Program-made: the position numbers and the translations under genes
Assembly: GCA_036526195.1 (NCBI GenBank)
Contig: DATCYZ010000033.1
Location: forward strand, 30,062 to 94,061
Reading direction: 5' to 3'
Origin: Burkholderiales bacterium
GTDB taxonomy: Bacteria; Pseudomonadota; Gammaproteobacteria; Burkholderiales; SG8-39
DNA: 64,000 nucleotides
Part shown: positions 1 through 10,882 of the stretch, one piece after another
Layout of the letters: the number at the start of each line of letters is the position of its first letter
Position numbering within the stretch: position 1 is the stretch's first letter
Notes under the pieces: model-generated
What the model was told of the DNA's origin: nothing
What the model saw: only the letters and a program-made list of their open reading frames with translations
Database searches by the model: none

Positions 1-452
1 CGGTCGCCGGGCTGGTGGCGATCACTCCGGCCTGCGGCTTCGTCGGCGTGGTCGGCGCGCTGGTCATCGGCTTCGCCGGCGGCCTGGCCGGGTTCTGGGG
101 CGTGAACGGCCTGAAGCGCCTGCTCGGCGCGGACGATTCGCTGGATGTGTTCGGCGTGCACGGCACCTGCGGCATCGTCGGCGCCCTGCTCACCGGCGTG
201 TTCGCCGCGCCTTCGCTCGGCGGCTCGGGCATCTACGACTATGTCGCGAACAAGGCGTCGCCCGAGTACTCGATCTTCGACCAGGTGCTCACGCAGGCCA
301 CCGGCGTGCTGGTGACGGTGATCCTTTCCGCGGTCGTTGCCTTCATCGCCTTCAAGCTGGTCGACGTCACGATCGGCCTGCGGGTGAGCGAGGAAGAAGA
401 GCGCGAAGGGCTGGACGTCACCTCCCACGGCGAGGCCGCCTACCGCATGTAG
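1..452 (+). CDS. amt: ammonium transporter (Amt family), C-terminal part; 5' end outside the window
   Basis: ORF 15..452 translation (GVHGTCGIVGALLTGVFA..., glycine-rich TM helices) looks like the C-terminus of Amt/AmtB. The frame stays open to the window edge. Stop TAG 450-452. Confidence 0.85.
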   Translation, partial: VAGLVAITPACGFVGVVGALVIGFAGGLAGFWGVNGLKRLLGADDSLDVFGVHGTCGIVGALLTGVFAAPSLGGSGIYDYVANKASPEYSIFDQVLTQATGVLVTVILSAVVAFIAFKLVDVTIGLRVSEEEEREGLDVTSHGEAAYRM

Positions 453-475
453 CGTCTGCGGCACGGCAGCCAGAC

Positions 476-495
476 CGGGGCGCTTCGGCGCCCCG
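476..495. terminator. GC-rich hairpin between convergent amt and marR genes (CGGGGCGC-TTCG-GCGCCCCG)
   Basis: 8-bp perfect stem with TTCG loop read directly from the sequence. On the + strand it is followed by CGTCGTTT. It sits between two convergent stop codons. Confidence 0.5.
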
Positions 496-502
496 CGTCG
501 TT

Positions 503-958
503 TCAGTCGGCGCAGAGCTTGCCGAGCAGGTCGAGCAGCGCCGCACGCTCGGCCGGCGTCAGGCGGCTGGCGACGCGCTTCTCGTGGGCGGCGATGCTTC
601 GCCGCGTGCGCCGGAGCGCCTCGCGCCCGGTACTCGTCAGCGACAGGCCGTTGGTGCGGCGGTCCTCGCCCTTGCGCCGCTCGATCCAGCCGCGCTTCTC
701 GAGCTGGTCGAGCACGCCGACCATGGTCGAGCGGTCCAGCCCCACCGCCTGGGCAAGCCGGCTCTGCGTCACGCCCGGGTTGGCGTCGATCAGCATCAGC
801 ATGCCGGCGCGCCCGGGCGAGAACTCGGGCACGCTCGCGGCAAAGTCGCGGAACACCGCCTGCTGCGCGCGCCGCAGGCGATAGCCGAGCAGGTCGGGCA
901 GCACGCCCTGTTCAAGCGGCCGCTGCATCGCTTCAGGTCCGGTCGCACGGCGTGGCAT
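503..958 (-). CDS. MarR family transcriptional regulator
   Basis: C-terminal 151 aa of track ORF 503..2512. Winged-HTH segment GVTQSRLAQAVGLDRSTMVGVLDQLEKRGWIERR...DRR is typical of MarR. ATG at 958 (alternative ATG at 928). The rest of the 669-aa ORF is Arg/Ala-rich antisense of the ligase gene. Confidence 0.85.
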   Translation of the reverse strand: MPRRATGPEAMQRPLEQGVLPDLLGYRLRRAQQAVFRDFAASVPEFSPGRAGMLMLIDANPGVTQSRLAQAVGLDRSTMVGVLDQLEKRGWIERRKGEDRRTNGLSLTSTGREALRRTRRSIAAHEKRVASRLTPAERAALLDLLGKLCAD

Positions 959-999
959 CTGCAGGCATTCCGGTGCGGATCGTTTGGGGAGCAAACAGT

Positions 1000-1029
1000 T
1001 TGACCGTCGAACGGTCGTGGCGCTAGCAT
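1000..1029 (+). promoter_or_regulatory. candidate sigma70 promoter (TTGACC-N18-TAGCAT) overlapping an inverted repeat GACCGT-CGA-ACGGTC; possible MarR operator
   Basis: Hexamers and the 6-bp inverted repeat (1002-1016) were read from the sequence in the divergent marR / ligase intergenic region. Confidence 0.4.
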
Positions 1030-1087
1030 CGTAGTGCAGGGTCCGCCCCGCCCGCAACCGCGGCGCGACGGGCTCGAGCCTCGATCC

Positions 1088-2626
1088 ATGAACAGCGCTC
1101 ACCGCCTGCTTGACGCCGCGGCACTCGCGCGGCACGGGACCCGCACGGCCTTGCTGTGCGGCGACGAGCGCATCGACTACGCAGCACTGGCGGCCCGCGT
1201 GATGCGCGCCGCGGGCGCGCTGCGCGCGCTCGGCGCGGCGCCGGGCGACCGGGTGCTGCTCTTGATGCGCGACACGCCGGAGTTCGTCGCCGCCTGGCTC
1301 GGCGCGGTGCATGCCGGCATGATCGCGGTCGCGCTCAACACCAAGATCTCGCCCGCGGATTTTCTGCATATCCGCACCGACAGCGAGGCGCGCCTGGCGA
1401 TCGTCGAGGCGGACTTCGCGCGCGCGCAACCCGACTTGACCGCGCAACTGGCGGGCGAAGGCGTGCTGGCAATCGCCGGCGCGGAGCCGCTTCCCGGCGT
1501 TCCCGCCTGGCGCGACGCGCTCGCGCGCGCGCCCGCGCACGCCGAGGCCTTTGACGCCGCCCCCGGTGAGCCGGCCCTGTGGATCTATTCCTCGGGCACC
1601 ACCGGCCGGCCGAAGGGGATCATTCACACGCACCGGACCATCGAGACCTGCGGGCAGCTCGAGCGCGACCTGCTCGGCCTGCAGGCCGGCGACACGGTGT
1701 TCGCCACCTCGAAGCTGTTCTTCTCCTACGCGCTGGAGAACGGGTTGCTCGGGCCCCTGTCGGTCGGCGCCACGGCGCTCCTGCATCCGGACTGGGCGGA
1801 GGCCGAAACCGTGGCGGCGCTCATCGATCGCCACGCGCCGACGGCGGTGTTCAGCGTGCCCTCGTTCTATCGCCGCCTGCTCGCGCTGCCGCCGGCGCAG
1901 CGCGCCGGGCTGGACAAGGTGCGCCACTACGTCTCGGCCGGCGAACGCCTGCCGGTGTCGGTGGCCGCGCCCTGGCGCGAGGCCACCGGCCGGGAGATCG
2001 TCAGCGCCTACGGCATGTCGGAAACGTTCTGCGTGGCGCTCGCCGCGGCCGGCGTCTCGGCCTCGGGGGTGCGCACCGGCCGCCCGCTCGCCGGCGTCGA
2101 GGTCCGCCTGCTGAACGAGGCGGGGGCCGAACCGGCGCCGGGCGAGCCCGGCGTGCTCTGGGTCCGGCATCCGGCCCTCGCGCTCGGTTACGTCAACCGC
2201 CCCGAGGCGACGCGCGAGCAGTTTGTCGACGGCTGGTTCTGCACGCGAGACGTGTTCGTGCGCGACGCGGAGGACTGTTACGCGCACCAGGGCCGCGCGG
2301 ACGAGTTCCTCAAGGTCGCGGGCCAGTGGGTCCAGCCCGGCGACGTGGAGGAGGCAGTGTCGGGACTCGACGCGGTGCTCGAGGCTGCCTGCGTGAGCGT
2401 CATGGACGCAGACGGCTTCGAGCGACTCGCGCTGTTCGTGATCGCGCGCGACGACGCGCGCGCCGCGACTGACGCGGCCGGCGAGGCCTGCGCCGCGAAG
2501 CTGCCGCGCCACAAGCGGCCGAAATGGATCCGTGTCGTGGCGGAACTTCCGCGCACCGCAACCGGCAAGATGCAGCGCTACAAGCTGCGCGAGCAGTTGC
2601 AGCGCGAGCTCGGCGGGGCCGTCTAG
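1088..2626 (+). CDS. aryl/benzoate-CoA ligase family protein (AMP-dependent synthetase)
   Basis: Track ORF 1034..2626, with ATG at 1088 (MNSAHRLLD...). AMP-binding motif YSSGTTGRPKG. C-terminal GRADEFLKVAGQWVQPGDVE resembles the benzoate-CoA ligase signature GRxDDMLKVsGxxVsP. Confidence 0.85.
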   Translation: MNSAHRLLDAAALARHGTRTALLCGDERIDYAALAARVMRAAGALRALGAAPGDRVLLLMRDTPEFVAAWLGAVHAGMIAVALNTKISPADFLHIRTDSEARLAIVEADFARAQPDLTAQLAGEGVLAIAGAEPLPGVPAWRDALARAPAHAEAFDAAPGEPALWIYSSGTTGRPKGIIHTHRTIETCGQLERDLLGLQAGDTVFATSKLFFSYALENGLLGPLSVGATALLHPDWAEAETVAALIDRHAPTAVFSVPSFYRRLLALPPAQRAGLDKVRHYVSAGERLPVSVAAPWREATGREIVSAYGMSETFCVALAAAGVSASGVRTGRPLAGVEVRLLNEAGAEPAPGEPGVLWVRHPALALGYVNRPEATREQFVDGWFCTRDVFVRDAEDCYAHQGRADEFLKVAGQWVQPGDVEEAVSGLDAVLEAACVSVMDADGFERLALFVIARDDARAATDAAGEACAAKLPRHKRPKWIRVVAELPRTATGKMQRYKLREQLQRELGGAV

Positions 2627-2657
2627 AATCGGGGTTTTTCCTCCCGAGGACGCCCCG

Positions 2658-3350
2658 ATGGCCTACGTACTTCCGCTGTGGACCCCGCCCGCGCTGCCGG
2701 TCGCCGGCAGCACCGACCTGTTTCCGGTCCGCAGGATCTTCTGTGTCGGCCGCAATTATGTCGAACACCAGAAGGAGATGGGCGGCGACGGACGCGAAAT
2801 GCCGTTCTTCTTCATCAAGTCGGCGCACGCTCTCGTCGCCGGCGGCGGCAAGGTGCACTACCCGCTGAAGACCGCGAACTACCACTACGAGACCGAGATG
2901 GTGGTCGCGATCGCGAAGGGCGGCTGCCGCATCGCGGCCAAGGACGCGAACGCGCATATCTTCGGCTACGGCGTCGGCCTCGACATGACGCGCCGCGACC
3001 TGCAGCAACTCGGCAAGGACCATGGCCGGCCTTGGGATTTCGGCAAGGACTTCGATGAAGCCGCGCCGTGCAGCGCGCTGGTGCCCGCGGCGAAGATCGG
3101 CCATCCGGACAAGGGCGGCATCTCGCTGCTGGTGAACGGCAAGACGCGCCAGAATGCCGATCTTTCCGAGATGATCTGGTCGGTGCCCGAACAGATCGCC
3201 TACCTCTCGGAGTACTACACGCTGGTCCCGGGCGACATCATCTACAGCGGCACGCCGGCCGGGGTCGGCCCGGTCAAGCCGGGCGACGAGCTCCACGCCA
3301 CCGTCGAGGGGGTCGGAGAACTCAAGGTCAGCATCATCGAGGCGCCCTGA
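2658..3350 (+). CDS. fumarylacetoacetate hydrolase (FAH) family protein, fumarylpyruvate-hydrolase-sized (230 aa)
   Basis: Track ORF 2532..3350, with ATG at 2658 (MAYVLPLW...). RIFCVGRNYVEHQKEMG and YETEMVVAI motifs are typical of short FAH-family hydrolases. Confidence 0.8.
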   Translation: MAYVLPLWTPPALPVAGSTDLFPVRRIFCVGRNYVEHQKEMGGDGREMPFFFIKSAHALVAGGGKVHYPLKTANYHYETEMVVAIAKGGCRIAAKDANAHIFGYGVGLDMTRRDLQQLGKDHGRPWDFGKDFDEAAPCSALVPAAKIGHPDKGGISLLVNGKTRQNADLSEMIWSVPEQIAYLSEYYTLVPGDIIYSGTPAGVGPVKPGDELHATVEGVGELKVSIIEAP

Positions 3351-3356
3351 ATCCGC

Positions 3357-3998
3357 ATGGACCTGCACACCTACTTCAGGAGTTCCGCGGCCTTCCGGGT
3401 GCGCATCGCGCTTAACCTGAAGGGCCTCGCCTGGACGCCGCACTACGTCCACCTGCCGAAGGGCGAGCATCGCGGGGCGGCCTACACGGCGATCAATCCC
3501 CAGGCGCTGGTGCCGACGCTGCAGGTGGACGGACTGCGCCTCACGCAGTCGCTGGCGATCATCGAGTACCTGGAGGAAACGCATCCCGAGCCGGCGCTCC
3601 TGCCGCGCGAACCCGCGGCGCGCGCGACGGTGCGCGCGCTGGCGCTGCTGGTGGCCTGCGAGATCCATCCGGTCAACAACCTGCGCGTCCTGCAACACCT
3701 GCGCAAGCACATCGGCCTGGACGAGGCCGGGGTGAATGCCTGGTATCGCCACTGGGTGGCAGACGGCCTCGGCAAGTTCGAGGCTGCGTTGCGCGACACC
3801 GGGGTGCGCGGCGCTTTCTGCCACGGCGAAACGCCGACGCTCGCGGACATCTGCCTGGTGCCGCAGATCTTCAACGCGCAACGCTTCGACTGCGACCTCT
3901 CGCCCTACCCGCGCACGATGATGGCCTTCGACGCCTGCATGAAGCTCGAGGCCTTCGACCGGGCGCAGCCTTCGAAGCAGGCCGACGCCGAGGGCTGA
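3357..3998 (+). CDS. maiA: maleylacetoacetate/maleylpyruvate isomerase (GST zeta class)
   Basis: N-terminus LHTYFRSSAAFRVRIALNLKG...INPQALVPTL...LTQSLAIIEYLEE is the GST-zeta signature. It lies 6 nt downstream of the FAH gene. Confidence 0.85.
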   Translation: MDLHTYFRSSAAFRVRIALNLKGLAWTPHYVHLPKGEHRGAAYTAINPQALVPTLQVDGLRLTQSLAIIEYLEETHPEPALLPREPAARATVRALALLVACEIHPVNNLRVLQHLRKHIGLDEAGVNAWYRHWVADGLGKFEAALRDTGVRGAFCHGETPTLADICLVPQIFNAQRFDCDLSPYPRTMMAFDACMKLEAFDRAQPSKQADAEG

Positions 3999-4031
3999 AC
4001 GCGCGCCGGGTCGCGCGCCTCGGCACGCGCG

Positions 4032-4469
4032 CTAGCGTTCGGCGAACAGCGCCTTGATCGCCTCGGGCACGGATTCGCCGCGGATCCCCGGCCCCTCGCC
4101 TTCGGCCAGCCGGCGCGCCCAGACCCGGGTCTCGGTGCCGCTCGCGAGCGCGGTGCCGTCCTGTCGCACGATGTCGTGCGCGACGATGAAGGACTTGCCG
4201 CCGAAGCGGGCGATGCGCGAGCGCACCTCGCAACGGTCGTTGTGCTCGGCCGGATGCAGGAACCGGCACTCGGCGGACACCAGCGGCATGACGATGCGCT
4301 CGGACTTCATGCGGGCGATGCCGTAGACCCCGTCGAGGAACGACCAGGTCGCCGCGTCCATCCAGCGAAAGTAGGTGGGATAGAAAATGATGCCGAGCGG
4401 GTCGCAGTCGCCCCACTGCACCAGGCACTCGAAGCGCGCGACGATCGACCGGAACCCGGAGGCCGTCAT
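4032..4469 (-). CDS. hotdog-fold acyl-CoA thioesterase (4HBT/YbgC-like)
   Basis: 145 aa. VQWGDCDPLGIIFYPTYFRWMD is the typical N-terminal catalytic segment of 4HBT-type thioesterases. Confidence 0.8.
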   Translation of the reverse strand: MTASGFRSIVARFECLVQWGDCDPLGIIFYPTYFRWMDAATWSFLDGVYGIARMKSERIVMPLVSAECRFLHPAEHNDRCEVRSRIARFGGKSFIVAHDIVRQDGTALASGTETRVWARRLAEGEGPGIRGESVPEAIKALFAER

Positions 4470-4506
4470 CGCGCGCAGGCGCGGCCCGCGGCGCGCGCCC
4501 GCGACG

Positions 4507-4902
4507 TCAGCATTGCTCCCACGGCAGGCCCTCGAAGCGCCAGCCGGCGATCTGGTTGCGCTGGTGGCGTTCGTTCAGTTCCCCCTCGAAGCCGTGCAGC
4601 ACGTTGTACACGCGGGTGAACCCCGCGCGCTCGAGCGCCTCACCCGCCTCGATCGACCGGTTGCCGCTGCGGCAAATGAGCACGATCGGCCGCGTATTGT
4701 GGTTCGTGCCCGCGAGCTTGCGGACCTGTCCGACGAAATGCGGGTTGACCTCCCAGTCCGGGCCGTCGTTCCAGCCCACATGCAGCGCGCCGGCCGGGTG
4801 CCCGACGAACAGGTACTCCATCTCGCTGCGGCAATCGATGAACAGGGCGTCCGGGCTGCGCTTCAGGAACTCGACGGTCTCTTTGGGTTCGAGGTGCTTC
4901 AT
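4507..4902 (-). CDS. rhodanese-like domain protein
   Basis: 131 aa with active-site loop ICRSGNRS and the overall single-domain rhodanese pattern. Confidence 0.8.
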   Translation of the reverse strand: MKHLEPKETVEFLKRSPDALFIDCRSEMEYLFVGHPAGALHVGWNDGPDWEVNPHFVGQVRKLAGTNHNTRPIVLICRSGNRSIEAGEALERAGFTRVYNVLHGFEGELNERHQRNQIAGWRFEGLPWEQC

Positions 4903-5093
4903 GGTGAAAGTCCTTGAAAGTTATCGGAATTATACCTGCGCGATGATTGACAGCACGTCCTCGCGACGGCACACTGGCGGCCGTGGCGCGCGCGTTGCGC
5001 GCCGGCGCCGATTTGACGTTCAGCTTGCGGGCGCCGCACTGTCGCGAACGAAGGTCCGCGGCGGGAAAAACAAATTCGCTAAAGAGACGTGCG

Positions 5094-5136
5094 AAAGGCC
5101 CGTTTCTGGCGAATGCTGAACGGGCCTTTTGCTTTT
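5094..5136 (+). terminator. intrinsic-terminator-like hairpin plus T-tract inside the metH 5' leader (candidate attenuator / expression platform)
   Basis: AAAGGCCCGTT (5094-5104) pairs with AACGGGCCTTT (5119-5129), followed by TTTTGCTTTT. It ends 2 nt before the GGAG RBS of metH. No + strand gene ends upstream of it. Confidence 0.5.
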
Positions 5137-5146
5137 CAGGAGATCC

Positions 5147-8863
<3,717 letters not shown>

Positions 8864-8899
8864 CCTCGCTATAATCGGCGTTCAACGACCGGAGGCACG

Positions 8900-9001
8900 A
8901 TGGGCAAGGGCGACAAGAGAACACGCAAGGGAAAGATCTACAAGGGCAGCTACGGCAAGAAGCGGCCGGGCCGTCCCGAAAAGGAGAAGAAGAAGAGCTG
9001 A
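8900..9001 (+). CDS. 30S ribosomal protein THX (bTHX), 33 aa; not in the ORF track
   Basis: Manual translation gives MGKGDKRTRKGKIYKGSYGKKRPGRPEKEKKKS, very close to Thermus THX ([20 protein letters not shown]...). GGAGG RBS at 8891-8895. Perfect TATAAT at 8870-8875. Confidence 0.85.
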   Translation: MGKGDKRTRKGKIYKGSYGKKRPGRPEKEKKKS

Positions 9002-9016
9002 ACCCCGGTCCGCACC

Positions 9017-9034
9017 CGGCGCCGACAGGCGCCG
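9017..9034 (+). terminator. short GC hairpin downstream of the THX gene (CGGCGCC-GACA-GGCGCCG)
   Basis: 7-bp stem read from the sequence. There is no T-tract, so terminator function is uncertain. Confidence 0.3.
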
Positions 9035-9080
9035 CATGCAGCGGGCGGACCTGCGAACGCCCCGGAGGCTCGGGTTCGAC

Positions 9081-9407
9081 TCAGGCCCGGTCCAGTGCCT
9101 CCGGCGCAAGGGCAGCATCCTGCGGCAGGCGGATCGGTCGCCCTTCAATCACGTAGTCGCCGAGCGGCGGCTCGCGCAGCATGGCGAGCGCGGCGTCTTC
9201 GTGCGTGTGTGCAAGAGCCACCACCAGAACCCGTTCGGGCCTTTGCTCGCGCAGGAGCCGTGCGAGCGTGACCTGCAGCATCACCCGACCGACGCAGCAG
9301 GGACAGCCCGCAGATTGGCAGACCGCCCAGCCGGGCCGGTTCGCCAGGGCCGTGGCGGCCCATTCGCGCGCGCCGTCGCCGGTCACGAAATGCACCGGCG
9401 TGCGCAC
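9081..9407 (-). CDS. hypothetical 108-aa protein with a CobW/G3E-like GCPCC segment but no P-loop
   Basis: Third-codon positions are strongly G/C-biased when the codons are read by hand. The GTG start shares 1 nt with the trkH stop. AGCPCCVGRVMLQVTLARLL resembles the GCxCC-helix segment of CobW/YjiA-type GTPases, while the P-loop position reads VTGDGAREW. Confidence 0.55.
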   Translation of the reverse strand: MRTPVHFVTGDGAREWAATALANRPGWAVCQSAGCPCCVGRVMLQVTLARLLREQRPERVLVVALAHTHEDAALAMLREPPLGDYVIEGRPIRLPQDAALAPEALDRA

Positions 9408-10864
9408 TAGCGACGCCAGAAGGCGGGGCTCAGCAGGACGAACACCGTCAGCAGTTCAAGCCGCCCGAGCAGCATGGCGAGGGTGCAGATCCATTTCTGG
9501 AAATCCGAGAGCAGCGCGTAGGTGGTCGCGGGTCCGACCTCGCCCAGGCCGGGTCCGAGGTTGTTGAGGCTTGCGGCGGCGGCAGAAAAGGAGGTCAGGA
9601 AATCAAGGCCGGTTGCGGTGAGCAGCATCGTCAAGGCTGTCAGGGTGGCGCCGTACACCAGCATGTAGGCGAGCACTGCAAAGATCACGTTGTTCTCGAC
9701 CACCTGCCCGCCGAGCTTCACCGGGATCAGTGCGCGCGGATGGACGATGCGCGCCAGTTCGCGGGAGGCCTGCTGCAGCATCAGCAGCGCGCGCATCATC
9801 TTGATGCCGCCCCCGGCGGAGCCCGAGCAGGTGCAGAACGTGCACAGCATCAGCATCCAGAGCGAGACGAATACCGGCCAGGCCGCATAGTCCGTGGTCG
9901 AGTACCCGGTGGTGGTTGCGACCGACACGACATTGAAGGCCGCGTAGCGCAATGCCACGCCGGGGTCGGCGTATACGCCCTGCAGGGTCAGGTAGCCCGC
10001 GTGCAGGGCGACGCTCGCCAGAAGCACCGCAACGAAGGCGCGCGCCTCGGTGTCACTTGCGTAGCTCCTCAGGCTGCGCCGGCGCAGCGCGAGAAAATGC
10101 GTCCCGAAGTTCACCCCGGCCACCACCATGAACACGATGGCGCAGGCCTCGATCGCGGGCGAAGCCCAGAACCCCAGACTCAGGTCATGCGACGAGAAGC
10201 CGCCGAGCGATATCGTGGTGAAGGCATGCATGACGGCATCGAGCGTGCTCATGCCCGCCCAGACGTAGGCGAGGGCGCACAGCACGGTCAGCAATACATA
10301 GACCAGCCACAAGCCCTTGGCCGTCGAGGCGATCCGCGGCGTGAGCTGGTGGTCCTTCATGGGACCGGGCGTTTCCGCCTTGAGCAACTGCCGGCCGCCG
10401 ACCCCCAGCAGGGGCAGCACCGCGACCACCAGCACGATGACCCCCATCCCCCCCAGCCATTGCAGCATGCAGCGCCACAGGTTGATCGACGGCGGCAGCG
10501 CGTCCAGCCCGGACAGCACCGTCGCGCCGGTGGCCGTCAGGCCCGACATCGCCTCGAAGTACGCGTCCGTCAGCGACAGCTCGGGCAGGTGTGCGAGGAG
10601 CGGCAGCGCGGCGAACGCCGGCAGGACGGTCCAGACGAGCACCACGAAGATGAAACCGTCGCGCGGCCTGAGATCCTGACGCCCGCGCCGGGTCAGCAGC
10701 CAGATGATGCCGCCCGCGAGGGCGGTGAGCACGATGGCCAGGTCGTAGGCATCCTCGGCGCCGTCGCGCACCAGGAGCGACACCCCCAGCGGCACCACCA
10801 TGGCGACGGCGAACAGCAGGACGACCACCGAGAGCAGATTGAGGATCGTGCTGAGGCGCAACAT
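9407..10864 (-). CDS. trkH: Trk-type potassium uptake protein TrkH
   Basis: 485-aa polytopic membrane protein with the TrkH/KtrB repeat pattern (GLTATGATV, TTTGYST, NNLGPGLG). Confidence 0.92.
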   Translation of the reverse strand: MLRLSTILNLLSVVVLLFAVAMVVPLGVSLLVRDGAEDAYDLAIVLTALAGGIIWLLTRRGRQDLRPRDGFIFVVLVWTVLPAFAALPLLAHLPELSLTDAYFEAMSGLTATGATVLSGLDALPPSINLWRCMLQWLGGMGVIVLVVAVLPLLGVGGRQLLKAETPGPMKDHQLTPRIASTAKGLWLVYVLLTVLCALAYVWAGMSTLDAVMHAFTTISLGGFSSHDLSLGFWASPAIEACAIVFMVVAGVNFGTHFLALRRRSLRSYASDTEARAFVAVLLASVALHAGYLTLQGVYADPGVALRYAAFNVVSVATTTGYSTTDYAAWPVFVSLWMLMLCTFCTCSGSAGGGIKMMRALLMLQQASRELARIVHPRALIPVKLGGQVVENNVIFAVLAYMLVYGATLTALTMLLTATGLDFLTSFSAAAASLNNLGPGLGEVGPATTYALLSDFQKWICTLAMLLGRLELLTVFVLLSPAFWRR

Positions 10865-10882
10865 CGCTTTCGACCGCCCGGG

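Noticed and set aside
4903-4913. GGTGAAAGTCC, reminiscent of the GGUGnnAAnUCC element of cobalamin riboswitches, at the start of the rhodanese / metH spacer.
   Set aside because: The downstream conserved cobalamin-riboswitch elements (GCnGnCCCCGCnACUGU, the GCCACUG B12 box) are not present. It also lies upstream of the likely metH promoter, and metH is not a typical B12-riboswitch target.
4976-5093. A standard SAH riboswitch (metH motif) in the metH leader.
   Set aside because: I could not find the highly conserved strings GAGGAGCGC, AGGCUC or AACGGCGCUC by eye. Only generic GC-rich helices are present. The question is left open as an unknown leader pending a covariance-model scan.
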